Part shown: positions 1 to 9,747 of the stretch, piece by piece
Numbering within the stretch: the stretch's first letter is position 1
Layout of the letters: the number at the start of each line of letters is the position of its first letter
Assembly: GCA_965223665.1 (NCBI GenBank)
Contig: OZ245011.1
Span: 3,424,001 to 3,488,000, forward strand
Length of the DNA stretch: 64,000 nt
Source: Nitrospinaceae bacterium
GTDB taxonomy: Bacteria; Nitrospinota; Nitrospinia; Nitrospinales; Nitrospinaceae
Reading direction: 5' to 3'
The notes under the pieces: model-generated
What the model was told of the DNA's origin: nothing
What the model saw: the letters and a program-made list of their open reading frames with translations, nothing else
Databases searched by the model: none
Program-made: the position numbers and the translations under genes

Positions 1-94
1 GATCCAATTAGCTGATCGAGCATTATATAGGGCTAAAGAGGAAGGTCGTAATCGCACTATTGTTGGAGATCTTAATGAGACCATTTCCGCTTGA
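1..94 (+). CDS. 3' end of a GGDEF-domain protein (diguanylate cyclase), truncated by the window edge
   Basis: The frame from nt 2 reads IQLADRALYRAKEEGRNRTIVGDLNETISA*, containing the typical GGDEF C-terminal ADxALYxAKxxGRNR motif. Not in the ORF track. Confidence 0.85.
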   Translation, partial: IQLADRALYRAKEEGRNRTIVGDLNETISA

Positions 95-935
95 CCCTTT
101 TAAAAATGTTGATCATCTTCCTACCCCATCAGACCAGATCGCTAAAGTTTTAGAGGAAATCCAAAATACCACCACATTGGAATTTAACGTGGTAAAAATG
201 ATTCAGTATGATCCCTCTATTGCCAGTAGAATTTTAATGATTGCTAATGATCCTTTTTATGGGTTCCAATCTCAAGTGGATTCATTGCAACAAGCCGTAG
301 CTCTTTTGGGACCGGGGATTATTAAAAGCATTATACTTACTACCCCAATATTTGATCCTTATTCAAAAAACGTATGTCTTATGGATCAGGATTTTTTAAA
401 AATTTGGATTCATTCTGCGGTTACAGGGGTTTTAGCCTCGGGGTTATCGCGTTTTATTCGACCCCTACAATCTGATGTTTGTTTTACAGCAGGATTAATT
501 CAGGATATAGGAAAGATAGCGTTAATTGATAAAAACCCTGAAGCTTTGATCCAAGCGGCCGATATCTGTAGGTCAAAAAAAATATTTCTTGATGATGCGG
601 TCAGGGAAATTTTGGGTTGTTCTATTGGCGAAATAGCAGCACAATTAGGAAGATCTTGGAATTTTCCACCCCGGTTAATTGAAATTCTTCAAAGAAATTA
701 CCTTTTACCTATGGAAGGAAAAACTGATAAATACAGTGCGGTAGTTTTATTGGCCAAAGACCTTGCTTTTCAATGGGGGTATTCTGATGGGTTAGAACAG
801 GTTTGCCTGAAAAATACCAAGTGTCTTTTAGATATTTTAGAAGTAACCGAACAAGAATTTCGTGCTAGAGAATTAAAATTAAAACAATTGGCTTTGGAAG
901 TATCAGACGCCGTAATTGACCCAATCAAACATTAA
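75..935 (+). CDS. HDOD domain signal-transduction protein
   Basis: Motifs LPT, DPSIASRILMIAN, GLIQDIGK (HD replaced by QD) and WNFP. ATG at 75 preferred over TTG at 60. Confidence 0.88.
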   Translation: MRPFPLDPFKNVDHLPTPSDQIAKVLEEIQNTTTLEFNVVKMIQYDPSIASRILMIANDPFYGFQSQVDSLQQAVALLGPGIIKSIILTTPIFDPYSKNVCLMDQDFLKIWIHSAVTGVLASGLSRFIRPLQSDVCFTAGLIQDIGKIALIDKNPEALIQAADICRSKKIFLDDAVREILGCSIGEIAAQLGRSWNFPPRLIEILQRNYLLPMEGKTDKYSAVVLLAKDLAFQWGYSDGLEQVCLKNTKCLLDILEVTEQEFRARELKLKQLALEVSDAVIDPIKH

Positions 936-965
936 TAAGGCTTTTCTTGGTTTGTTTCAAAATTA

Positions 966-2909
966 TTAGCACTGGTTTGCCAATTCCTTTATTTTTGGTG
1001 AAATATGAACGGGATAAACTTTTTGTGATTTTAAAGAGCGTAAATCATCAGGCAATTGATTAATTTGTTCCTTCGTATAAAATCGAATTTTGTCTAGTGA
1101 AAGCGGGGGACTCAATCTCTTGCCAAAACGTAGATATGGTTTTAGTAGAGGTGTTTCATTAAGGACCTCACTTTCTAAAACTAATCGGTCTTCTTTTATC
1201 TTTCCCTCCTGGTCTAGTAAACGGATTATTTGCTTTCTTCCGGGAAGTGTAGATTTGCTTTGAGAAAGTTTTCTCCTGGGCCTTCCTTTGTACTCTTGTA
1301 ATTTATAGGCGCATTCTAACGAGGGGCAGTCAGAGGAAACAACAAGTTGCGTTCCAATCCCAAACCCATCGATAGCGGCTCCTTTTGAAATTAATTTTTC
1401 TATTTCGTATTCATCCAGATTCCCACTTACAAATATCTTTACTTCATGTAACCCCGCCTTATCAAAAATAGATCTTACCCTATTTGAAAGGTTTGCTAAA
1501 TCGCCGCTATCAATTCGCACGCCTTTTATGAAGACGTTTTTCTTTTTAAATTCATTGTATAGAAGAACAACTTTATTCGCAGCTTCTTCAGTATTATAAG
1601 TATCTAGCAGTAGGATTGCATTTTTCGGCCAAGAGTTTGTAAAGTTTCGAAAAGCCTGGTATTCGTTATCTTGAGAAAGAATATAAGAATGAGCCATAGT
1701 TCCAAAAATTGGAATTCCAAATTCCATATTTGCTGCAACAGTGGATGTTCCTGAAAAGCCTGCCAGATAACTTGCGCGGGATGCAAGTAATCCAGCTTCA
1801 AGAGAATGGGCACGACGTAATCCAAAATCAATTAAAGACTTTTCGGGGGCACTTAAAACCATTCTTGTGGCTTTGGTGGCAATTAAAGTTTGATATTGTA
1901 GGATATTAATAATGTGGGTTTCTATAAGCTGAGCTTCTTGAATAGGTGCGGTTATTCTTATTAAAGGTTCATTAGGAAAACAAATGGTCCCTTCAGGTAA
2001 CGCATCCACATGTCCTGAAAAACGAAAAGATCTTAAAGATTGAACAAATTCTTCAGGAAATAACCTGGTTTGTTTTAACCAGAAAATATCCTGATCTGTA
2101 AAATGTAAATTTTCCAGATATTCCAATACTTGTTCCAAACCAGCGGCAACTAAAAAGTTCCTTTTAGCAGGAAGATTTCGAATGAAAAATTCGAACACTG
2201 CTTCATCAGTCATGGCTTCATCGTGATAAGCTTTTAACATTGTTATTTGATAAAGATCTGTTAAAAGAGGTGAGGTAGGGCGAGATAAGGGTTTTAGTAA
2301 ATGGGATGCGATGCAGTTTGCGCCTAAACTTTCCATTTTTGAAAGAGCCTTTTGACCATCGTCGGGATTAACATTGACGGCCTGTATTGCGTCTTTAAGA
2401 ATTACAACAGAAAAATTGTTTAGTATGGCGTCTTCAACAGTTTTTGAAACACAGTAATCCGTGGCAATTCCACCAACAAAGACTCGTTTGATACTTTTCT
2501 CGTTTAGGTTCCTTTTAAGTGAGGTATTTTGAAAAGCAGAATAAGCGTCTTCATCCTTTGTTTGGGCTTTTGAAATTACTATTGTGTTCTCGGGAAGATT
2601 TAACCCAGGAGCCAACTGTGAACCTTCTGTATTTGCAATGCAATGAGCTGGCCATGGCCCTCCCTGCTCCTTAAAGGAACAATGATTTTTGGGATGCCAA
2701 TCCCGACTTACATAAATAGGTAAGTTCAGTTGACAAAAAATGCTAATTAATTTATTTAATGGGGGGATTACTTTGTCCCCATCATTGACCGCTAAAGAGC
2801 CACCCGGAAGAAAGTCGTTTTGTACATCTACAATTAATAGAGCATCTCCATTCGATGGAAAAAACTTATTTGCAAAATTTTGGTCGAGAGCCATAAGCTT
2901 TTTTATCAT
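966..2909 (-). CDS. pncB: Bifunctional nicotinamidase (PncA-like) / nicotinate phosphoribosyltransferase (PncB) fusion
   Basis: N-terminus: IVDVQNDF, DWHP, WPAHC, GIATDYCV (nicotinamidase). C-terminus: LLTDLYQITM, DFGLRRAH, GTMAHS, LLDTY, RIDSGD (NAPRTase). Confidence 0.93.
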   Translation of the reverse strand: MIKKLMALDQNFANKFFPSNGDALLIVDVQNDFLPGGSLAVNDGDKVIPPLNKLISIFCQLNLPIYVSRDWHPKNHCSFKEQGGPWPAHCIANTEGSQLAPGLNLPENTIVISKAQTKDEDAYSAFQNTSLKRNLNEKSIKRVFVGGIATDYCVSKTVEDAILNNFSVVILKDAIQAVNVNPDDGQKALSKMESLGANCIASHLLKPLSRPTSPLLTDLYQITMLKAYHDEAMTDEAVFEFFIRNLPAKRNFLVAAGLEQVLEYLENLHFTDQDIFWLKQTRLFPEEFVQSLRSFRFSGHVDALPEGTICFPNEPLIRITAPIQEAQLIETHIINILQYQTLIATKATRMVLSAPEKSLIDFGLRRAHSLEAGLLASRASYLAGFSGTSTVAANMEFGIPIFGTMAHSYILSQDNEYQAFRNFTNSWPKNAILLLDTYNTEEAANKVVLLYNEFKKKNVFIKGVRIDSGDLANLSNRVRSIFDKAGLHEVKIFVSGNLDEYEIEKLISKGAAIDGFGIGTQLVVSSDCPSLECAYKLQEYKGRPRRKLSQSKSTLPGRKQIIRLLDQEGKIKEDRLVLESEVLNETPLLKPYLRFGKRLSPPLSLDKIRFYTKEQINQLPDDLRSLKSQKVYPVHISPKIKELANQC

Positions 2910-2944
2910 AAAATCCCTTTGCCCTGTTATAGAAAAAGAGAATT

Positions 2945-3913
2945 TTATTCTGGACCCATAAATTTAATAAATTGTTCTAACATTGATTTATCAAAATCAT
3001 CTGCCATTTGTTTTCTCATTAAGGTAAGTGTATCGTAGGGATCCATCGCTTTTTTGTAGGGCCGTCTCGTCGTAAGCGCGTCATAAACATCCATAACTCT
3101 GCATATGCGTGCAAAAGGAGAAATTTCATTTTCTTTGAGACCTTGCGGGTAGCCTGTACCATTATAGTTTTCATGATGTTGCGCAACCATATCGATTATG
3201 GAATGACCAAAACATTTCATTCCTGATAAAATTTCTTTTCCAATTGGAGCATGTTTTTTGATGGTTAAAAATTCGTTCGGGGTCAGTCTTCCTTTTTTGT
3301 TTAACAAGTCTCCTGAAATTTTAGATTTTCCCACATCATGTAGCAAGCCACCTAATCCCAATTGCTTGATTTCATCAGGTTTCATGTTGGTTTTAACGCC
3401 ATAAGTCATGCAATATAATCCGACATTTACGCTGTGGGTATAGGTATAGTAGTCCTTGTTTGTTATTTTTGAAATACCATAGAATCCTACATCGCTGTCT
3501 TTAAAACAATCCTCCATCATTTCCATGACTTCTCGGGAACAAATAAGAACTTTGTTGGATGCATTATTCTCGAAGAACTCTTTCATAATGTTTTTAGAAA
3601 CATCGTAAACCTTTTTAGCTTTAATTTCGAAGGGAAGATTTGGATTAGAAACAATTTTTCTTAAAGTCTTCGTAGCATGGCTGTAATATTTGAATAAATC
3701 TTCCTCCAGGATATAAAAATCAATTGTATCCTCTTCAGATTCTAATAAACGGTATACTTTTTCCTGATGTTCCTTTTTAGAGGAAGCATATTTAACAAAT
3801 TTAGCTTTTCCAAAAACTTTTGTTTTGTAAAAGATATCAAAATGTTCTGTTCCGTTGTGATCTAAAAACTTTAAATCAATTCGTCTATAATTTTTCTGTA
3901 AAGTAAGAGTCAT
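2945..3913 (-). CDS. HD-GYP domain cyclic dinucleotide phosphodiesterase
   Basis: HSVNV, LHDVGK, HHENYNGTGYP and DVYDALTTRRPYK motifs are intact. Confidence 0.93.
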   Translation of the reverse strand: MTLTLQKNYRRIDLKFLDHNGTEHFDIFYKTKVFGKAKFVKYASSKKEHQEKVYRLLESEEDTIDFYILEEDLFKYYSHATKTLRKIVSNPNLPFEIKAKKVYDVSKNIMKEFFENNASNKVLICSREVMEMMEDCFKDSDVGFYGISKITNKDYYTYTHSVNVGLYCMTYGVKTNMKPDEIKQLGLGGLLHDVGKSKISGDLLNKKGRLTPNEFLTIKKHAPIGKEILSGMKCFGHSIIDMVAQHHENYNGTGYPQGLKENEISPFARICRVMDVYDALTTRRPYKKAMDPYDTLTLMRKQMADDFDKSMLEQFIKFMGPE

Positions 3914-4109
3914 GAAAGAGCAATTTGAATGAACAGATTTTAAAAGAAGATTTTTGTAGTCTTAGTGAAGATTAATCTAAGACAAAATGTTCAATGGTCA
4001 ACACAATTGAATAAGGTGTCTTAAATTAGTTTAAGAGATTGTGTTACAGAGGGAAAGTTAATATATTCTAAGTAAACGAAAATCAATAAGTTATGAGCAA
4101 ATTTTTGTT

Positions 4110-5963
4110 TTATGGAAATGCTGATTGTGAATAAATTAAAAAGTGGGTAATGGAACGGGACCCACCTATTAAATCTACCATAGATAGGCTTTCTCCAGGT
4201 TCGTGCATTTGGCAGTGCGTGTCGTAAACTCCTATACAAAGAGGAGGTATGGGGCCAAGAGCATCCGTAAGTTTCTTTATAAAGGGAATGGTTCCTCCAC
4301 ATCCGTAAAGGCAGGGTTTTTCATTAAACCCCTTCTCCAAGGATTCCCACATTAACTTAAAGGCCGGTTGCGAAATTGATGTCAACCAAGGTTTGGCTGA
4401 CTTATCAGGTTCTATTGATAGTTTAAAACCCTGAGGTGTTTTTTCTTTTAAATGATTTATTAATTTAATTAATACTTCTTCATCATCGCTCCCAGGAGCT
4501 AAACGGATTTCCACGATGCAACTGGCAGTCGACTTTTCAAAAGGTACAGGTTTGCTTATGGAATGGGTCGATAATTGTTGGGTAGAAAAAAGTGAAAGGG
4601 TTTCATTTTCCGTAACCAAATTATCTATATCAGGTACCAATAAGATTCCCTCAGTAGATATTAATTTATCTATTATTTTAGCCAGTTGAATTTCTGGGAT
4701 AGGAAATGGTCCTCCATTTACTCCTGAATGCGGATCTTTGATTGAGGATTGAAGGATTAAATCTAGGGTGTAGTGATTGGGTTCATTAGTTTCAACTGAG
4801 TTCAAATCAATCTTAAGATGAAATCGGTTTAATTTCTCAATTTGATTGAAAAGGAGTTGGTGAAATTTATTTCTATTTATGGTGGGAGAAAGATTAAATA
4901 TAAAGCGCACTCCTGCTGCTCCTAATATAACTGAACCTGTAACTCTTTGTCCAGGGCGGACATTTACAAAAGACTTTCGAAACTGGGATTCAATAATAGA
5001 AACTTTTTCATTGGCAACTGTGGGTAATACTTGATTAAGAAGGCCCGCTTGACTGCGTAGAGTTTCAATTGAAATAGGAATTAAAGCAAGCCATTCTTTT
5101 TCTTCTGAAGTAACGGGAGTATCTAGAATCCCCTCAATAGCAATAACTTGGTTGCCATCAATTAAAGTGGCCAGAGCTTTATACAATGCGGTTTGTTCAT
5201 CTATACGATTGTATGATGAAACACTTTGCATTTGGACCTGCGTCTGAACTAATCCACGAAGAGATGTAGTCAGACCAGGTTTTCCAGTTTCGGGGTTTGT
5301 TACATCAGTAATAATGACGCAATCTATAGAAGAAAAAAAATCTAGATTTTGATGTATTTGCTCCATCAACGAATTTGATCCAGATTCTTCCTCAGTCTCA
5401 AAAATAATTTTTATATTGCAAGGTAGTTGTTGAATTCGATTTTGCAGGTCATCGTTTTCCTTAGATTCAAGTGATTTTAATAGAGCATCCACTGCCATCC
5501 CGGTTGCAATTACCCCGCTTAAATCATCTGCCGCTCCGCGCCCGTAAGCACGGGTCTTATTTTTATTCCAAGTTAATTGAGTGGGTGGGATTCCTCCCCA
5601 TTTTTGAAAGGTGTCATCGTCCATATAAGGTTGTTTGTCCAAATGCGCATATAATAAAACAGTGGGTTTATCTTTCCCTGAATGCATTTCTGCCATTAAT
5701 ATAGGCGTGGCATTTTCTAAGTGAGGAGAAGGAGAATTAATTTTTATGGTTTGAAATCCAATTTCTTTAAGGTAGGTGGAGGCTAATTCTAAAATTTCTT
5801 TCATATCTGAAGGAGAGGTTCGATCCCCCGGGTATTCATTAACTCCAAAACTTCGGCTGTCAATGGCAACAAATTTTTCCATATATTCCATATGCCGATT
5901 CATAAAAGGAGTATTAAAATCGATAAGTTTAAAAACCTCACTTATCCAGCTTTTTGGTTCCAT
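4110..5963 (-). CDS. M20/M25/M40 family metallopeptidase (dipeptidase-like) with enlarged lid region
   Basis: Metal-site motifs YAHLD, GRGAADD, EEESGS, ITD and MHEPGE; also DPHSG and GGTIP. ATG at 5963 (MEPKSW) likely; the ORF extends to 6023. Confidence 0.88.
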   Translation of the reverse strand: MEPKSWISEVFKLIDFNTPFMNRHMEYMEKFVAIDSRSFGVNEYPGDRTSPSDMKEILELASTYLKEIGFQTIKINSPSPHLENATPILMAEMHSGKDKPTVLLYAHLDKQPYMDDDTFQKWGGIPPTQLTWNKNKTRAYGRGAADDLSGVIATGMAVDALLKSLESKENDDLQNRIQQLPCNIKIIFETEEESGSNSLMEQIHQNLDFFSSIDCVIITDVTNPETGKPGLTTSLRGLVQTQVQMQSVSSYNRIDEQTALYKALATLIDGNQVIAIEGILDTPVTSEEKEWLALIPISIETLRSQAGLLNQVLPTVANEKVSIIESQFRKSFVNVRPGQRVTGSVILGAAGVRFIFNLSPTINRNKFHQLLFNQIEKLNRFHLKIDLNSVETNEPNHYTLDLILQSSIKDPHSGVNGGPFPIPEIQLAKIIDKLISTEGILLVPDIDNLVTENETLSLFSTQQLSTHSISKPVPFEKSTASCIVEIRLAPGSDDEEVLIKLINHLKEKTPQGFKLSIEPDKSAKPWLTSISQPAFKLMWESLEKGFNEKPCLYGCGGTIPFIKKLTDALGPIPPLCIGVYDTHCQMHEPGESLSMVDLIGGSRSITHFLIYSQSAFP

Positions 5964-6097
5964 TTTAAGATTCCTGTGTTTAATTTTAACTTTTAGGTAG
6001 AAAACTTTACTTGTAGGATTCAATCCTATAATATGATCTTACGCAATATACTTTCCATAATATTTTTAATTTTAAAATTTTTTTGTTCTAATTCAAA

Positions 6098-6370
6098 ATG
6101 TTTGAAAGAATTAATAATTTACTTCGATTGATTCAAATTTTCCGAGAGAGGGGAAACTGGATTTTAATCAAACATTCTAAAAAGCAACTTATAGATTTCA
6201 TCTTAGGGCGCAATGATTTAAACCGAATGTCGATTTTTAAAGTCCCTTTTTATTGGTTTGATCTTTTAAAAGGACTGGAAGTATTGGTTTGGCGTTTAGA
6301 GACTTTCGGGTTTTTATTTCTTCCAAATTCAAGTGAAGAAAATAAAAAACACTTGAATCGCACCCTATAG
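6098..6370 (+). CDS. Hypothetical protein (90 aa)
   Basis: ATG-started ORF in an otherwise empty gap, protein-like composition; no family recognised. Confidence 0.55.
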   Translation: MFERINNLLRLIQIFRERGNWILIKHSKKQLIDFILGRNDLNRMSIFKVPFYWFDLLKGLEVLVWRLETFGFLFLPNSSEENKKHLNRTL

Positions 6371-6804
6371 CAAGTTACATTTTCCTGCCAAATATTTTCT
6401 TAATGAAATTATCTAAAAAAGTAAGAAGAAATTCTCAAAAAATTTTTATATTTACTTCTTCCAGTAAGATTTAATGTGGAAAAATTTTAGGTTTTAAAAT
6501 AAAGAGAAAGGGTAGTTTTTTTTGCTTTTTAAAATGAATGTGAGTCAAAAAAATTTTTAAAAGATAAATTGCTTGAAGAGAAAAAAGATAAGATGTCTTT
6601 TTCTTAATCTGGCTATAAAACAAGAAAGCAATTTAGTTGGGGGATTAGGAGTGCTTTTTTAACAAATAAATCCTTTTTAAACTGTGATGCGAATTTGTGT
6701 AAAATCTATGAATTATATTTATCTTGAAAATCAATTAGAAATTCAATGATTGAATTTAAAATTGAGGGATTCTTGAATGAAATTGGTTTTTTTGAAGAAT
6801 CAAT

Positions 6805-7005
6805 TTATTGTTCGTGTAATACTGGAAACTCTAAATCTAATTTTCGTTTTACCCAAGAAGGAACTTGTTTAGTCGCTGTGGTTAGTAAACCCACACCATC
6901 TTCCATTTCCTTGAAGGTTTTCCAGTGTTTGTCACTTAAGCTTTGGCTTGAAATTTTCTTTTTAACTTTACCATCTTTATTTAAAACTCTAACTTCATAA
7001 AACAT
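6805..7005 (-). CDS. Small hypothetical protein (66 aa)
   Basis: ATG with an AGAGAGGG SD just upstream and a consensus sigma54 promoter ~45 nt upstream. Confidence 0.75.
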   Translation of the reverse strand: MFYEVRVLNKDGKVKKKISSQSLSDKHWKTFKEMEDGVGLLTTATKQVPSWVKRKLDLEFPVLHEQ

Positions 7006-7049
7006 AAGCCCTCTCTAGGTAATTAAATTTTGAATATAGATCAGCTTAG

Positions 7050-7066
7050 TGCAAAACCGTTGCCAA
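7050..7066 (-). promoter_or_regulatory. Sigma54 (-24/-12) promoter
   Basis: Minus strand TTGGCAACGGTTTTGCA = GG-N10-GC, close to the TGGCAC-N5-TTGCW consensus, pointing at 6805..7005. Confidence 0.75.
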
Positions 7067-7265
7067 ATTTTTCTCCCAAAGATTTGTTTGAGAATTTAAC
7101 GCTATAAATATTTATGTTATAAGGGTTTGAGGATTTCGGTTTGCTTAAGGGTTTTTGTATTGTTGAAATTTTAGAACGGAAACCGGAAAATCAGCCCGAG
7201 ATTTCGCTCTAGATTTTGGCTGATAAATTGAATTAAATATTTTTATAGGTTGGAAATTAAGAAAT

Positions 7266-8003
7266 ATGATCAGCGTCGCAATAATTGTAAAAGATGGTGA
7301 AGATTATCTGGAAGGCTGCCTAAAATCTTTAGAAAAGTTTGAAGAGGTTTTGTTGATGGATACGGGTTCTAAAGATAAAACTCTGGAAATTGCGCAAAAA
7401 TTTACCAACGTTAAGATCGTCCAGCATGATTTCATAGGTTTTGGTCCAACTAAAAACTTAGCTGCCCAAATGGCTAATAATGATTGGATATTATCAATTG
7501 ATAGTGATGAAATATTGTCATCAGAACTAAGTTGGTCAATTCTAAACCAAAACTTAAATGAAAACGTTATTTACAGGTTCATCCGTCAATCATATTATAA
7601 TAAAAAATTTATTAGAGGATGCGGTTGGTATCCAGATAAGATTCTTCGTCTTTTTAATAAGAAAAGAACTGGGTTTAATGAAAATATGGTGCACGAAAGT
7701 ATTTTGGTGGAACCCGATATGCGAATTGAGGATTTGAAGGGAGTATTGAGGCATTACCCTTTTGATAGCGCGGCCAGTTTAATTGATAAGTTCCAGTTTT
7801 ACTCAACACTATTTGCAAATCAAAATAAAGGCAAGTTGGCCTCAAGTCCTTTTAAGGCAATTTCGCGTGGAATGGTGGCTTTTTTAAAGGGATATTTTAT
7901 TAGAAGAGGCTTTCTGGATGGAAACGAAGGATTTTTAATTTGCTTTTGTCAGGGATTGGGAACTTATTTTAAATACATTAAACTTTATGAGGCGAATAAA
8001 TGA
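7266..8003 (+). CDS. Glycosyltransferase family 2 (WaaE/KdtX-like LPS beta-glucosyltransferase)
   Basis: DTGSKDKT, WILSIDSDE, GWYPD, VHE and GFLDG motifs. Confidence 0.9.
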   Translation: MISVAIIVKDGEDYLEGCLKSLEKFEEVLLMDTGSKDKTLEIAQKFTNVKIVQHDFIGFGPTKNLAAQMANNDWILSIDSDEILSSELSWSILNQNLNENVIYRFIRQSYYNKKFIRGCGWYPDKILRLFNKKRTGFNENMVHESILVEPDMRIEDLKGVLRHYPFDSAASLIDKFQFYSTLFANQNKGKLASSPFKAISRGMVAFLKGYFIRRGFLDGNEGFLICFCQGLGTYFKYIKLYEANK

Positions 8004-8009
8004 TAAATA

Positions 8010-9289
8010 TTAGCATGGTTTTTTTTGGTCTATTGAAAAGGGTAATGCCATAATTAAATAACAAAGCAAAACCACTTCGGAATCATAAAAATTGGTTTCA
8101 AAAAATCCTCCTACTAAAAACCCCATTACTGAACTTAGGCTTCCAAAAACTATCCAATTTTTTGGGTTATCATTTGAAATTGTATTTTTTAGAAATTTTA
8201 ACGTGGAATAAAAAAACGAAATCCAGAGAAAAAGCCATGTAGCAATTCCAATAATTCCAGCATCTACTGCTAATTGGACAAGGTTGCTATGTAAGGTTCT
8301 GTAATTGCTAAAAATTTCTTTATAACTGGGATACTTATTACGAACCTCTTCTAAACATCTAAATCCACATCCGGTAACAGGATATTCTTCAAAAATTTTC
8401 AGACCCAGTTCCCACATTTGCAATCTTTTTTGTAAAGTAACATCTTCAACTTCGGTAAAACTTTTGATTCTTTCTTTAAGTGGGGCAGGCGATACCTGGT
8501 AAATTACTAAAACAAAAATAGGAATAAAAAGTATTGCTAAGGGTTTCCTTCCCACTAATAAAACCAACAAACCTGCCAAATAACCTAACCAAGTTTGCCG
8601 AGTTAATGTCAATAATAAGCTGATTAAAATTAAAATCAAACATCCCCAAATCCATTTGTTTTTAATATTTCGAAACAACAAATAACTTGTCGCAACCAAT
8701 CCTGCTTGCATAAGCAACCCAGCGAATGTCATGTAAATGCTAAGGGTTCCCGAAACACGATGTTCTAGATCGAAACCTTGAATGAAAGTTTGACCAATTC
8801 CAAGGATGGCTGCCATTGTGGCAACAAAATCATCCAAAAAATTATTGCTTCCCTTAGAGGTAAATCATTAAGTCTTTTCAATGAATTCCTGATGAATTTA
8901 AAATATTGAGAAATTTTATCTAAGTTCAAAAAGTCAGATAATTTACTCGCTCCCAAATTATTCAGTGCCCAAAAAAATACAAGCATTTCAAAAAGCCGTT
9001 TTAAATGTGTGAAACTTTTTGGTGGGTCTAAAGAAGTAATAACAGACAAAATACTTGCGGTTGCAAATAGAAAAAAAGGAGTTGCTAAAGGGAGTCTTAT
9101 ATTGTTCCACTGTTGGGATAAATAAACAGAAATTATCCAGGATATTCCCCCTGCAAATGCCAAGATGTGTGTCAGGGTAATTGAAAAAAAATCAAAAAGG
9201 ACAAACCCAAATAAACAGTATATTTGAAGTCGATAAAAAAATACTGAAACTTTGTTTTCTTGAGTAGCTTGAATGACTGTGGGAATCAT
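8010..9289 (-). pseudogene. O-antigen ligase (WaaL/Wzy_C family), split by a 1-nt frameshift near 8826-8841
   Basis: Two overlapping hydrophobic ORFs (8765..9289 and 8010..8837). The C-terminal part has TLTRQTW, RLQMW, YPVTGCG and LHSNLVQLAVDAGIIG. One extra T joins the two frames. Confidence 0.8.
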
Positions 9290-9402
9290 TGGAAAAACCA
9301 GTGGGAAAGAATAATCTTGAAGATCTTACCTCAGGGTAAAAGATTCTATTGGTTTTTGCAAAAGAGAAAAGCTTTAAAGAGAGAGAAGAAATAAATTACT
9401 TC

Positions 9403-9630
9403 TTAAGCACTATGAGTTCCATCGCAAAAGGGAGAATTTTTTGTTTTTCCGCAATCACAAATAGCAACCCGACGAGGTTTATCCACGATAAACTCTGTAG
9501 GTTGTTTTCCTGTATTTTTAGTTTCATGAGAACCATCGCAATAAGGTTTATTAGCTGACTCCCCGCAAGTGCAGTAATATTTTATCCCAGGAGTTTCATC
9601 AACATAATTCGGGAAGTTTTCGTAAGGCAT
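9403..9630 (-). CDS. CDGSH iron-sulfur domain protein (two 2Fe-2S motifs)
   Basis: CTCGESANKPYCDGSH and CDCGKTKNSPFCDGTH; SD AGGAG. Confidence 0.95.
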   Translation of the reverse strand: MPYENFPNYVDETPGIKYYCTCGESANKPYCDGSHETKNTGKQPTEFIVDKPRRVAICDCGKTKNSPFCDGTHSA

Positions 9631-9747
9631 GGGTGGCTCCTATAAATAAATTAAAAACTTTATTATTTTAATACTTCAGCGTTAGATGATACATTATGGA
9701 TGTTTTAAATAATAGAAACAAGCAAAGTTTAATTTTTTTTGAAAATT

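Noticed and set aside
6746-7000. 84-aa + strand ORF
   Set aside because: Antisense shadow of the 66-aa gene, which has the SD and the sigma54 promoter.
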